64,000 bases of DNA from Octopus vulgaris (lineage: Eukaryota). Both the position numbers and the translations under genes were made by a program. Numbering within the stretch: position 1 is the stretch's first letter; the number at the start of each line of letters is the position of its first letter. The stretch is taken from the NCBI GenBank assembly GCA_951406725.2, contig OX597840.1, positions 19,158,001 to 19,222,000 of the forward strand, given 5' to 3'. Below the pieces are notes generated by a model, which saw nothing but the letters and a program-made list of their open reading frames with translations, ran no database searches and was not told where the DNA came from. Shown here piece by piece: positions 41,237-56,390 of the stretch.

Positions 41237-41783
41237 GAGTGAGAGAGCAGTGTATGCCATCAAAGTGACACTGGGGTAAAATATACGAAGCCCAGTATAC
41301 CCATCATGACTACCCGTCTGATAAGGGTACACTAGGCACATGCATCATAACCATATATGCGCGACATGGTGGTCTCATATCAAGATAAACAGCACATGAC
41401 CTTGCAGGTGGGGCCCAGTTAGAATTTTCTTCTTGTCAAGTAACCCATTCCGCTCAAAAGGTCCCTGAATAAGGGTTGTTTAAGGATGTTGAACGCAACA
41501 CCCATGTTTCCAAAGGTGAATTATCCAAACTCCAAAGAGTTCCTCTCAACACATGGCTATGATGCTCTCCCACTACTTCTGCTCGTGATCAGAGATGCAC
41601 ATATCGTCAGCCACTAAGAGACATGCTTAACTGGTTAAGGTCAAACAACTGACAAGCAAATCTGTGGTATTGAGCAGAATATTTGCTGTAGCCCATCTTT
41701 TATACCAAGACAAAACAATGTACATGGTAACACTTCCAATCAGTTAAGATCAGAAGCCACGAGAGCCACTGCCTGGTACTGCA
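41236..41783 (-). mobile_element. Non-coding retroposon, about 550 bp, flanked by (TAA)n on both sides
   Basis: Homolog of 4945-5323; short tail pieces also at about 18490-18535 and 38168-38191. Confidence 0.85.
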
Positions 41784-41795
41784 TTATTATTATTA

Positions 41796-41917
<122 letters not shown>

Positions 41918-42479
41918 TTTAACGATAATGTAGAAATGTTGTCTGAAGCCTGACATGTTAACGCAGACTATTGTAATTAAAACTCTAATCCACGCCACCA
42001 CTTCCATTCATGTTGACAAGCAGCATAAAAGATCGTTGAAATGGCTGATATCTGCCATAAAAGCACTTCATCTTACAGTAATTTCAGAGTGACAGCACAA
42101 GTCAGCATTTTCCATATTTTTAGCTGAATCAGAATTTGATTGCAATTAATATATCAAAGTCCTGTTTAATCAGCCGTCTCTTGCGAGCGAGGGTGGCTTC
42201 ATAGCAAGTAGTATTCTTTCGTTGTTTGTTTTAGGTCGCGCGTTTAGTCGCGAACAGCCATAGTAGATATATTCATTCTTGGCTCTGTATGCCTTTAGCC
42301 CAGCAGAACATTACGGATGCGGCAAGGATTTGAACTTGAAATGTAAAGTGATATAGCTTAAAACGACATGGCTTTTGGCTAGATGGTTTGCCAGTTCTAT
42401 AATCTATTGCATGTGATAATTTGTACGTATGCTAGTTGTTGTTGCTGTTGTTGTTGTTGCTGTTGCTGTTGCTGTTGAG

Positions 42480-42826
42480 CGAGCGGTCTTCGTCCCAGAG
42501 CTCGCAAGATGGGAGAAGTCCGAAACGTGGTCCTTTGCTATTCGTAAGAGCCGCAGAAGAGAAAACAGGCCAACCCCTGACACCGAGAGCATCGACGGAT
42601 GAATGAATGCATATCCAGGCTCAGCGGTTGCGTAGGAAGTCGGGGACAAGAAACAGGAAGAAAGAGTGACAGAAAGTTGGAGCGAAAAAGTACAACAGGG
42701 GTCGCCACCACCCCCTGCCGGAGACTCGTGGAGCTTTTAGGTGTTTTCGCTCAATAAACACACACAACGCCCGATCTGGGAATCGAAACCGCGATCCTCC
42801 GACCGCGAGTCCGTTACCCTAACCAT
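42480..42826 (-). mobile_element. tRNA-derived SINE, family C (tail type 1)
   Basis: Head ggttagggtaacggactcgcggtcggaggatcgcggtttcgattcccaga shared with 55152. Confidence 0.85.
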
Positions 42827-44574
42827 TGTTGCTGCTGTTTTTGTTGTTTATCTTTAGTCTACCATTCTAGAGACCACGGGATGGGGTGAAACAAAGAAAG
42901 ATTAATTCTATCACTGAAAGACAGGATGGAAGGTCTTGCCCGATAGGATTCTACGCAAAATCTATCTACCAAATTTCACTCACAATGCTTTAATTACTGC
43001 TACCGTTTTTTTTTGTAGCATGTTAGAAAATTTCCCTGCTCAACACCTCTCGATTTCCTACTGTAATCGCTCAACACCTCTCGATTTCTTACTGTAATTA
43101 ACCATGCTTCTGTTTCAGTGAAGTATTGCTAATTTTAGAGACAGAAGAATCAGTACCAATTCACAACCAGTATTTTATTTATTGGTTTATTTATCAACCC
43201 CGGAAGGTTGAAAGTTAAAATTGACAGAAATGATAGAATGGGCACCTAAACAGCAAGCTTTCTTTTCAAATATCGATAAGTTTGACTTTATAAAAGAAAT
43301 AAAGGGTTGAAAAACTTTTGAGCAATGTGGGTACTTTCATACTTAAGCTTCCTTTCCTTTGGTTTATAGGCCTTCGACGACATATCTATGTAGGAGTATT
43401 GGCCTTAGGCAAACCAATTTTTACTTCTGGAAAAAGCTAGTCCATTAAATCTAGCCTCTACCCTTTTATCTGTCCAGCACAAGAGGTTCTAGCAGGAAAT
43501 TTCACTGCATTTGCATTACTCTTGTGGGTCAATGAGGCATGTAAGCCACTACATCACAACTAGAAATAGACCTTGTGGCAGAAATGCGGTTAAGATATTA
43601 AAAAATGTTTGTAAATTAATCAATGAATGAAATTGAAATAATGTATTACTTATCAAATGTTTTTCAATGATCCTATAATATTTCGGGAAAAAATTACCTT
43701 CTCAAATAAAACAAAAAGTAGAGCAATGAAAGATTCCAGAAAATACGTTGGAACCAGTGAACCCCCCAGTGGGTTACGGTCACAACGTTTGTTCTTTTTT
43801 CAGTTGTTTCGAAGAAAATCAATATAACCGTGGGAAATATAACAGTAGAAAAATCAATTTCTCTCTAAGACGAATAGACAGGTCGGAACCGTGAGATTCC
43901 TTTTTCTCTTGTCAGCATTCAAATTTATCCTAACACTCGAATTAGTTTTGCCGATGCAAAATGACACTTCTACTCTTTCTGTGTAGTTTTTTTCTTCAAT
44001 TCTACTGGGCAATGCATAAAAAGCTATACTTCAATATTTTCTGTGTGCTATTCTGAATGTTGATTTCCGGTGGATGACAAATCACAAACGTCTCTCTGTA
44101 CCAAGTGAATTTCATTCCTGGGTTAATGAGCAGATTCCTGTCGTAGAAGTAATACTCTCTGTTGTTAGAACAATGAAGCACCACTAATTTTTTGGAATAT
44201 AATTTAATCCTTTTTTCACGAATGCATCGCTGGAAATTTTTTAATAATAAATTTGCAAATAGCGTATTTTCAAATCTGGAAAAGATCTTTAAGAAAAATA
44301 GATAGAGCGAAAAACAATTTAAAATTTTTTAAAATGTTAAAGCAATTAATAGTCCACTCTGTATCACAGCTTTGATTCAAATACATCAAATTCTAAGCCT
44401 AAAAATGGATGTCCTTTTGCTGCTCTTAAAAGTAACATTAAATTTGACCATTTAACCACTCTGATTAATTAAGAGTATTGATTAATGCATCTAATTAGAT
44501 GTCCTTTCAAAAACGTCTTCCGAGAAATTCATATTTAATATTCCATAGTTTACACGCATCTGAGATGTTATGTA

Positions 44575-45137
44575 TTGGGTTGTCCGGAAAGTTCGCGCCG
44601 ATTTTTAAAGGAAAGAAAAAGGTCAATAAATACTCGCCATTACATTTTTAATCAACCAAATATGAACCATTTTGTTGCACAATGCATCTCCATCTTTCCT
44701 TTCACTTGAAAATACCCCCTTCCCAGAATTGAGGTGGTTTCATGGCAAAGAATTCATCAAGGCATCTTTTTACGTCATCCAAGGAATTGAATTTTTACCA
44801 TTAAGACTATTCTGCAGAGACCTGAATAAGTGGAAATCCGAAGGAGCAATATCGGGTGAATATGGAGGGTGGGGTAACACATCCCAGCCGAGCTGCAGCA
44901 ATTTTTGTCTGGTTCCCAAAGCATCAAGTGCCGAAAATGAACTTTCTTATCTTCCATTTTAAAGGGTTACAGAATTAACACAGGTTATAGGAACATAAAC
45001 CTTCCACGGAAAGATAGCTTAAACTGTGCTCTAAATGGAGGTGTAGTCAAATCCTATTTTATGGACTCAACCACGTTCTAAATTAAGTCGAAAGGTAAGC
45101 TACTATAAATCGGCACAAACTTTCCGGAAAAACCCAA
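44575..45137 (-). mobile_element. Internally deleted mariner element with both TIRs and TA TSD
   Basis: TA-ttgggttgtccggaaagttcgcgccgattt ... aaatcggcacaaactttccggaaaaacccaa-TA; SPDIAPSDFHLFRSLQNSLNGK on the minus strand. Confidence 0.92.
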
Positions 45138-45539
45138 TATAATTAATTGCGAGTCTTCGTGAAGAAAGGAATTGGCAGAGTTGCAAGAGTATTCCATAGA
45201 ATGATTTCCAGTATTTATTTCGGTTCTTTATTTTCTGGGTTCAAACCCCTCTGTAGTCAATTTTATCTTTCATCATTCCGAGGGTCGATGAAATTAAGTG
45301 ACATTCAAGCGAGCCGAGAATATGTAAAACGTTAGTTACCCAAGTTTCCACGCCATGAGAACTTAACTTGGAACCTGGTTTTTGAGAAACTAACTTCATT
45401 ACACTTCACAAGCACATCCATTTATATCATTTCTGAAACGTAGTTAGAGGGGTGATATATAAGGGTGGGGCATGTATCCGTTTCTCTACATGGCAAGTTA
45501 CACCCGCATCACTCCACATTTAGAATGGGGCTGGAAGAA

Positions 45540-46557
45540 TTAACATCGAATACTAAATCAATCGATTCAGTGGGCAGGGCCTTACATCAGCGAGACGGAC
45601 CGGTGCGCTGTAAAATTATCGAGAGGAAAGCCCCAAAACGCTACATATTCTCTCCTGAAGACACCTGAAATTTACTAGTTGATCAATACAATAGGCGGAG
45701 CTTCACTTCAGTGTGTTAGGGGATGCACTGTAAAACCGCCGAGAGCTAGGCCCTAGAACAGTACGCATTCTTTCCTGATAAACTCTGAAATTTACTAGTT
45801 AATCCGAGCCGTCAAGAAGGCCCCAAAACGGTACGCATTCTTTCTTGATGACACCTTCGCGTCACTGTGTATATGGGAAGAGTTGGTGCACGATAAAACC
45901 GTCGAAAGGAAAACCCCGAAACAGTAGAGATTTTCTCCTGATGACACCTGAAATTTACTAGTTAATCAATCTAGCAGGCGGGGTATCACTTCAGGGTCTG
46001 TGAGGGGTGGACTGTAAAGCCCTCGTGAGGAAAACTGTGAAATAATACGCATTCTCTCGTGACACCTGAATTTTGCTAGCTAATCGATCCAGTAGGCAGT
46101 GCCTTATATTGATGTGTGTGTGTGAGTGGGGAGGTTATGAGATACACTGTAAACCCGTTGAGAGGAAGGACTCGAAACGGTACGCACTCTCACCAGATGA
46201 CCCCTAAAACCTACGGGCGTCCGGTATGGGAATAATTTCATTGACAGTAGTTTAGTCAGCAAGTTGTTTGAAGGCATCTAAAACACGAGAATGCCATAAG
46301 GAGAAAGGCCCCGAAACAATCGGAACACTCTCCGGATGACCCTTCAAAATATTTGCTGGCGGCTGGTGTGCAAAGATTTCGAATGGCATCATTTCAACAA
46401 GCAAGCTGTTTGCAGGCATCTAAAACACGAGAAAACCCCCCGAGAGAAGGATTCCGAGCGGTAGGCACTCTCCAGATAAGCCCTAAAACTTACATGCGTC
46501 CGGTAAAAGAAGATTTCCATTGACAGCAAATTATTTGGAAGCATCTAAAACACAAAC
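45540..46557. repeat. Degenerate tandem array, 8 units (about 85-150 bp) sharing an approximately 50-bp core
   Basis: Core gagaggaaggccccgaaacggtacgcattctctcctgatgacacctgaaa recurs at about 45621, 45741, 45815, 45904, 46025, 46160, 46301 and 46442. Confidence 0.85.
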
Positions 46558-46907
46558 AACAGAGTGTTCATAAAGAAAAACAGCAACATATCTAACATTA
46601 AAAACACGTTAGACTAACACCATCAATATATTGCAGTCTACTGTACAGTCGTCTGTTGCTATAATTTGAAAGGGTTTGAAATTTGTTCCCGACCGGATGT
46701 AGACAAATTGACAGGAAACCGCCACCAAAAATTAAAATGTAGAAGCCATAACTTTAAGCCATTTTTAAAGTTTGTTTAGTTTTATTTTTGTTGGATTTTT
46801 TATTGATTCTAATGAGTTTGGCACATATACAGTGGTTATGTTTTTATGGTTATATGCATGTATGTATAAGTATATGTGGTTACGTGTCTGTGTGAATAGA
46901 TAATGTA

Positions 46908-46972
<65 letters not shown>

Positions 46973-46975
<3 letters not shown>

Positions 46976-48100
46976 GGGTTGGGCAAAATAATGGAAACAC
47001 CTTTAAATTTCAAACAAATTTATTTTAATATGAAGTAGGACCACCTTTAGCAGTAATTACGACTAGAATTCTACGAGGTATAGACTCGTACAAAGTTTGA
47101 ATTGTTTCCAAAGGAATTTTTGTCCATTCTTCAGCTAAAACAGTCTCCAGTTCTTGTAGTGATGATGGTGGAGGATATCAATTCCTTACTTGTTTTTCTA
47201 AAATGCACCAAAAATGTTCAATAATATTGAGATCTGGGTGCTGTGGTGGCCAGATAAGATGTTCAACTTCACTAGAATGTTCCTTGTGCCATTCAGTAAC
47301 AAATTTAGTTGTGTGAATTGGTGCATTATCATCCTCAAAGATTGTGTTTCCCTCCGGAAACAGTTCCGCAACCATACGATAAATTTGATCAGATAAAATG
47401 CATAAATAGTCTTGACTATTAATTCTGCCATGATGGGAGACCATTGGGCCGGTGGATTTCCAAGATATACCCCCAACCCCACCGCAGATCATTACAGATC
47501 GTCTTCCATGTTTAACAGTTGGAAGAAGGCAGTTTGGTGCAAATGCTTCTTTTGGATGTCTCTACACGTATACTCGGCCGGTGGTCGGAAGTAAGGTAAA
47601 GGAGGTCTCGTCCAAGAAAATAACATTCTTCCACTGCTCTAGGGACCATTCCGGTAGATTTTTGCTCCACTCTAAACGCTTTGCAACGTTTGTTTTTTAA
47701 AGTAGTGATTTTCTGATTGCAGCCCTCCCATGAAATCTGGCTTTGTGCAGTTCCCAGCAAACAGTTTTTTGTGGAAACTGGGTTCTCAAGGTAGTCATTA
47801 AGCTCTGCGGTAGTTTTGGGAGCTGTATTTTTGTGATCCTTTCTAACAATTCGCATAAGAGTCCGACGGTCCCTATCTGAAAGTTTTGGTTTTCTTCTGG
47901 AGTTTTGTTTCGACGAGGAGGTTTTTCCCTCTTTCTCAAAGGCGGTCATTACTCTCGAGACAGTACTTCTTGATACACCAAACATTTCGGCTGTTTTCGT
48001 TACGCTAGCGCCTGCCAACAATTTGACTTCTTTGAAAGTCCAATAGATCTGTCCTTTTAATGAATTTTAATTACCTTTTTTCTGAAAAGAAACAGCAATT
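46973..48100 (-). mobile_element. Tc1 transposon, near-complete frameshifted transposase, one TIR, inserted in (TA)n
   Basis: AGASVTKTAEMFGVSRSTVS (HTH); FEDDNAPIHT..WPPQHPDLNIIEHFW; TIR caggggttgggcaaaataatggaaacac after TA. Confidence 0.92.
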
Positions 48101-48104
48101 TTAG

Positions 48105-49100
48105 CAAAACGTTCCCCACCAACAGAAAATCCATACCCCACCAACAGAAAAATACGCCATATTGAAAGATAGGCTAGTGGTTACATTCCGATGCAGTGAA
48201 AGAGAAGCGGAAGCTAGGATACTGGAGGATGAATTAGGCGATTCCAAGCCTTCAAAACTGATGGACAGGATGTTGGCATTAGTCCCCCTCCCACGGTGAG
48301 TCACCTTCCTTTTTGTTTAAAGAAATATTTCTCCGCAAGCTGCCACCCCAGGTCCTGGTCAACGCCATAGGGTCGGCCCCGAGACGGGGTAGGGTTAAGC
48401 ATGATGGCATGTGCTTCTACCATGCAAAGTTTGGAAAAAAGGCGACAGAATGTAAACAACCATGTAACTTCAGGACCCCTTCACCAGTGACCCAGGGAAA
48501 TTCCAGGGCCGCCTGCCATTGAATACCCTCAATGTCTGCGATCGCAGCTCCGAACGCAGATTCCTCATCGACACAGGAGCAGAAGTTAGCGTGATCCCGG
48601 CATCGGCAAAGGACCTCCGTCACGGAAAGTGTAGCCAACCTTTAATAGCCGCCAACGGGTCCACAATCGAGGCATACGGTCGTCACACCCTTTCCCTCAA
48701 CAGCGGCTCCTGAAAATACACCTGGGCATTCACCAACGCCGATGTCCATTAGCCCATAATTGGTTTCGAGCACACTTGCTACTGGTGGATTTGCGGGGAA
48801 GATGATTCCTCAACAACACATACGCTTCCGTGCCTCTTGCAACATCTGCACATGCCATCCGCCCCCCGCTTAGCAACAATCTCGTAGACCAAGAACAAAT
48901 TCTCAGATCTTCTTGTTAGTCGCCCCAATCTCACCACTCCGACATTCTCCAAAACTACAGCCCGCCACGGGGTGACAAACCACATCTCCACTACCGGCCC
49001 TCCAGTGTACAGCCGCGCACGTCGTCTATCACCAGACAAACTTGTAATCGCAAAGGCCGAGTTCGACAATATGGAGGCATTTTGTATAGTATACTCAGAT
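48105..49100 (+). mobile_element. Ty3/Gypsy LTR retrotransposon fragment (gag-protease-RT start), CsRn1/Kabuki-type
   Basis: Gag CFYHAKFGKKATECKQPC (Cx2Hx9Cx3C); protease FLIDTGAEVSVIP..AANGSTI; HISTTGPPVYSRARRLSPDKL..AKAEFDNM. Confidence 0.88.
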
Positions 49101-49301
49101 TCGTTCCACGCTCGCAGCAGGCATTCTTCTGTTTTTGTTCTCCTGCCGGAAGTTCTTTTTTTCTGCTGACCAACTTCCTAGGTAGCCCGCAGCGAAGTAT
49201 CTGTCTACAGCGAATATCTGTCTACAGTTCGTTTGTCACGAATCTTTCCCTACACACATGTATGTCTGTTTGTACGTATGTGCATATGGATGTATGAATA
49301 C

Positions 49302-49515
49302 ACGAGGGGGCTGGCAAGTTCCTAGCTTTAAGGTTGTTGCGAAAGACCTGGTTGGACGCCCAACCTTCCGAGTTCTTTAACATGGCTTAGAAAACCTTAA
49401 GGACTACTGCAATAAGTGTATGAACCTGAGAGGGGAATACCTTGAATAAAATCATAATTAACTGATCTTCCTGTATTTTCTTTCTTTTACCCAAAGCTAG
49501 GAACCTTTCAGCACT

Positions 49516-49522
<7 letters not shown>
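49302..49522 (+). mobile_element. Mariner-derived MITE
   Basis: TIRs acgagggggctggcaagttcctagcttt / aaagctaggaacctttcagcactccctcgt; internal KCMNLRGEYLE* mariner C-terminus. Confidence 0.8.
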
Positions 49523-49557
<35 letters not shown>

Positions 49558-50374
49558 CGTGCGTACGTGTATGTAAATGCGTGTTCACGTACCCACAGCA
49601 ACAATCGTTCCGACGCGCTTGCTTCACAGAGTTTCGCTCTACTCGACTTTACGAATATGACATAGATCGAACCGAGACTGTAACAAAAGTTCTACGCCCA
49701 ACAGTTGCTAACTGTAACGCAACCACACGTAGCTATACATATGGAAGAGGTTCTCAACTATCAACTTACCTATTGCTGACTCGTGTAAAGTATCTCTTGT
49801 TGGTTTCTGTCGAATCTTCATCGATATGCGACACCGCGTGTCCGTTGTAGGAAGCGACAACAAGCAGTTGGTTACTGGATACAAGGTACAATACTGCTTG
49901 CCAAATGGCTGCCAGTACCATATCCTTCGGTTATCATATTTCGATGATGTCTCGATCACTTCATTATTGGCATCTTAAAACTCCACTTACATACAACACA
50001 GTTCATACAAATTTATCGATTTCACACTTACCTAAAATCGATAAATTCACGCTGGCTTTAACGAACATTTTGTCTGTGAATCATATCTATTCATGATTTA
50101 TTTTATAATTTTAAGTGTGAACAATAGCGTCGTTAGTCACGGTTTTCTTACGGTCCCATCACTGATTTAATGCATTTGTGACAGCCAGATTGACAAGGAA
50201 ATGTCTCTAGCAGTTCGATTTTTCACCGATATAATTCAGTGAAAGAGAAAATACATTAAGTGGAGCTCAGCTGGTTTTCAGCGAAGAGTATTCCATTGTT
50301 CTAAAAACTGAACTACCTACAAATTGAATTAACTATGCAAGTGGCTGAGTATTCCATAGACAATTGTATTTTTA

Positions 50375-50503
50375 AAGTAATCGGTAGTAGATGACGGACG
50401 CGATATAAGTGTTCGCCACCTCCGCCCGACCATTTCGGGACAGCTTTCTCTCGGCCCATTGCCGGCTGAGAGTGGCCACCCTACTCGTTATCTCGTCCCA
50501 GTT
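50375..50503 (-). mobile_element. Tx1-type LINE fragment next to (GATA)n
   Basis: [42 protein letters not shown], homologous to 28670..28888. Confidence 0.85.
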
Positions 50504-50561
50504 AGACAGATAGATAGAAAAAGTAGAAAGATAGACAGATAGAAAAAGTGGTAGGATAGGC

Positions 50562-50733
<172 letters not shown>

Positions 50734-50972
50734 AATAGAAGATCGGGTTCGGAAAGTGAAATAGAACCCACAGTAAGCACTCTCGTGAGGAATAGGAAAT
50801 CAATTCACATAGTAATAAAATAACTATTTAAATTGTGTTCAATATAGATCCTGGATTTTCCGGTCTATGGTATGACGAATTAGTTTTCTCTGTTATACAT
50901 CTCTATATGAATAAACAATTGTTTTATATAATATGTACGTATATAATTTTCAGTATTAAAAACTAATGATGC

Positions 50973-51001
50973 TACATTGAAGAGTTGACGAAACGGCTGT
51001 A
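50973..51001 (+). ncRNA. Decayed minimal hammerhead-like motif
   Basis: taca-TTGAAGA-gttgac-GAAA-cg-GC-tgta; stems I and II pair but U16.1 is replaced by G. Confidence 0.4.
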
Positions 51002-51355
51002 ATCACGTGGAAATCAAATGGAAATAATAGAACCGTATTCACTTATCATACCTGATTCCATGTTTTTACATATATTTTCCCTGTGTGTGTGATTGTCTTG
51101 CACTAAATTCCAATCAGTATTTATGGGCCAATCCGAGGCTATAGCACAAGTCACTTGACCAAGGCACCATCTGATGGAACTAAAAAGCACATCTTTGCTT
51201 AACGAGCTTTTTAAATATACACACGCAGCCATACATTTTATCTTAAGCATTACAGATATTATAATTCACGTTTTCACAAGATTCGATATAATTTTAGAAA
51301 ACATGGCTTCCACAACAATCAGGCATTCATTTTGTTTTATCCATTTATGATAATG

Positions 51356-51428
<73 letters not shown>

Positions 51429-51541
51429 TAATAATAAAAATAATAATAATAATGATGATAATAATAATAATTATTATTATTATTATAATGATGATAATAA
51501 TAATAATAATGATGATAATAATAATAATAATAATAATAATG

Positions 51542-51572
<31 letters not shown>

Positions 51573-51628
51573 TAATAATAATAATGATGATGATGATGAT
51601 GATGATAATAATAATAATAATAATAATG

Positions 51629-52748
<1,120 letters not shown>

Positions 52749-53296
52749 TATAATAATAATATTATAACTGCTGTTGCTGTTTGATTATAGTTGTTAATTA
52801 CAATGTGTAGAAAAACTGACAGTAAACCTATAAACGCCAAGGAATACGTAAGGTGTCTTAGATTAACACGAGGACATACGACATAAGACATGTGACAAAT
52901 TCCATTATCGTCACAATTATCCGACAGTCATTTAAATAGCGCCATGCTCCGAATTGATCACAGCAGCCATTTGAATCTGTTGCTCGGTTTCTTTCTTTTC
53001 TCTTTGGCTGTCATTGCATCAACATCATCTGCTGTTATTTTGATTATCTGTAAATGCGATAGCGGTAATGGCTGAAAGCTTCTGGATTGTTCGTGTCATG
53101 ATTGGCCGGAGAACAAGGCCATCAAGCTGAAAGGGAAAGCCATATAACTGGATGAATTTGTTTGGGACATGAATGGAAGTGTGGCTGCGAGGTCAATATG
53201 TCTGTTTCGAAATAGTGCGACGCTGCTTTTCGTTCGATCCCGTCTGAAAAGCAATGCGCATGTTTTTATAATTTAATATATAACCTCCGGGATAAG

Positions 53297-53655
53297 AAGC
53301 TGAGCTGGCAGAATCGTGACCTCGGCAGCATTTCGGCAGTCTTTACATTCTGAGTTCAAATGCCACCGAGGTTAACTTTGCTTTTTGTTCTTTTGTATTT
53401 GATAAAATAAGTACCAGTTGAGTACTAGGGTCGATTTAGTCAACTTAGCTCCCCTCCTGTAATCGATTGTACTGTGCCAAAATTTGAAACCAATATATAA
53501 CCTACGGTATAATGCGGCATTTAAGTTCAAATGCTGCCGAGGTTGACTTCGCCTTTTATCCTTTCGGGTTTGATAAATGAAATACCTGTTGAAAACAGGG
53601 GTAGACATAATCGATTTACACCCTACTCAAAATTGCTGGCCTTGTGCCAAAATCT
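53297..53655 (+). mobile_element. Tandem degenerate family-B-related SINEs
   Basis: gagctggcagaatcg..gagttcaaatgcc..gaggttaactttg; the core occurs twice. Confidence 0.75.
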
Positions 53656-53719
53656 TAAATAAATATATAGCCTATGGTCAAACAAACATTTTCTGACGAA
53701 AGTGTAGAAGAAAAGTTCA

Positions 53720-53775
<56 letters not shown>

Positions 53776-54902
53776 ATGTGTGTATGTACCTGTATGAGTG
53801 TGTACCTTGATCCTTGCAATTATGCTCAAAACATACATGCATATATATGATGTAGGGTGATTGCTTCTTCTTTAAAAAATGTATATACGTCCGTCTAAAA
53901 GAGAAGTACAACGTAGATCAAATTAAAAGATACATACATACATACAAACACACACACACACACACACACATAAATATACTTGTATACATACATACATACA
54001 TACATACATACATACATACATACATACATACATACATACATACATGCATTATGATAATGTGCCACAGGGGACAAAACACGAATTCGCTGTAAAATATAAA
54101 AGACACGGACAACGATGGCAGACGAGAAATTTCTCAACTATATATCAGCACAATTTCGACACCATCGTGTGTATGTGTATATAACTAAGTTTGTAAATAA
54201 CGGCGTAAAATCAGTACAAATTTCCTGTCGTATTTGTTCCTTGAGGGGAGATAGATTATTAAAAAATAAAAGAACGTCTCTGAAGGTAAAAATTCACTCA
54301 TCCGAGAAACCTATTACTAGACTAAACACTGGAAATTGATATAAAAAAATTCTAAACATCCTCTTGAAAGTCACAATCCTCCGCATGAACGCCTCGACTC
54401 GACAAAAACCTCTAAATCACAGCAAAAGATTAGACACTTCAAATACACTTTCGTTTTGTATTCGCAAGTAAACATAATCATTTGGCCCTAACAGATTTAT
54501 AGGATTCACATTTTGGTTCCTCTGTCATTTCTATTATCTTCAAGTCAAATAATAATTCTGTAATATCAAAGAGAAGAACCACATCAAAAGTGTTCTATAT
54601 ATAGATGGCCATTAACTAAGTTATATGTTATTTATCGGATGTGCTTAGCGGATCAGTGCGTTGGTCACTTTCGCTGTTCATTTCTTCATTTGTATTTTTT
54701 TTTTTTTGGCTTTGGTTTTTGCCTTTTTTCAGTCATCTAAAAATGTTTATTTGCTGAAGTGCAATGTTTAATGTTGTAACTTACATAATGTTATAATGAA
54801 GTGTATATATATATATATATATATCAAATACATATATATTACATATAGAATGTGTATATGAATTTATACAACTACGTATAAATATACGTCTGAATGAATT
54901 CT

Positions 54903-54939
<37 letters not shown>

Positions 54940-55007
54940 TATACATGTATATATATAATATATAAAGTATGTATGAATGCATATTATATTTATGTATTTG
55001 CATACGA

Positions 55008-55064
<57 letters not shown>

Positions 55065-55151
55065 TTATCTATATATATATATTATATACATACATACATA
55101 CATACATACATACATAAATACATACATACATATATATATATATATATGTGT

Positions 55152-55445
55152 GGAGGCGAAATGGCCCAGTGGCTAGGGCAGCGGACTTGCGGTCGTAGGA
55201 TCGCGGTTTCGATTCCCAGACTGTTTATTGAGCGAAAACACCTAAAGCTCCACGAGTCTCCGGCAGGGGGTGGTGGCGATCCTTGCTGTACTCTTTCGTC
55301 AGAGCTTTCTCTATTTCTTCTGTTGGCCTGCTCGCTTAGCCAGCGGGGTGGCGTCATTTGAAGGCTAAAACAATGCGAAGCGCATTGTGACCAGCGATGT
55401 GTAGCAACATCTGATAGCCTGGTCGGTCACGGTGATCACAGTGAT
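55152..55445 (+). mobile_element. tRNA-derived SINE, family C (tail type 2)
   Basis: A-box tggcccagtggctagg, B-box ggtttcgattccc. Confidence 0.88.
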
Positions 55446-55447
55446 AT

Positions 55448-55533
<86 letters not shown>

Positions 55534-55934
55534 GTACATATATAAATATGTATACATATATATACGTACAGACTGGCTCGCTTCACACATACATATATAC
55601 ATACCTAGAAACACACATATAAACGCTCATAGATGCGCCCACACATTCATACCAGCACACACATGCAAGTACCGCTAAGAAACATGACGGTAACTGAGTA
55701 ACTAGCAGTGCCATCATGCGGCAGGGATCGTCAGACTGTGAAATTTTGAGAAATAAATATTGTAAGTATCAGGAATGAATTTCTCCCTCAGAGAGGAGAA
55801 ATTTTTATGATATGACTGTGATTATTTTCTTTCGGGCATGGGTGGGGTGTCGATTTTATTATTTGTTTCTGGTGTTTCTGTGAAATTCTTGCAGGTGTAA
55901 GTAGCTGTGAGAATGTATGTGTGTGTATACGATC

Positions 55935-56390
55935 TTTTGACTTTTACTACTTTCATTCGTTGGACTGTGGCCAGGCTGGAGTACTGTCTTGAAGAGTTTT
56001 ATTCGGAACAAATCAACACTGTGTCCAGCATTTATTTTAAAATCTGGTAGTTGTTCTATTCTTCTGTCGGTCTCTTTAACAGCCGGACCATTAATTTTTC
56101 CTGATCATAAATAAACCAACACCGGTTGTCAAGAGTTGAAGGAACAAATAAAAATGACACACGCACACACATATTCATATATATATATATACACATATAT
56201 AATACTTTTCACACTTATATATATGTATGTGTGTACGTACATGACGGGCATCTGTACAATTTCTACCTATCAAATTCATTCACAAAGCACTTCTTGATCC
56301 AAGTCTATATAGTAGAAGACACTTGCCCAAGGAACCACGCAGAGGAACTGGACGCGAAACCACGTAGTTGCAAAGCGAACTTTAAAAGAT
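55935..56390 (-). mobile_element. Old family A SINE (further pieces at 59041-59190 and 61440-61640)
   Basis: Degenerate head and tail matches to 39519-39933. Confidence 0.75.

Noticed and set aside
45540-46557. CRISPR array
   Set aside because: Eukaryotic context, no cas genes, repeats too degenerate and spacers homologous to each other.
50186-50209. aga-TTGACAA-g-GAAA-tg-TC-tct
   Set aside because: A single nucleotide cannot form stem II; probably chance.
55152-55220. tRNA gene
   Set aside because: tRNA-like head runs into a SINE body shared with 42480-42826; no complete cloverleaf.
55700-55900. Splice-like signals (ttgtaagt; ttgcag-gt-gtaagt)
   Set aside because: Short motifs with no supporting ORF; cannot be judged without RNA data.
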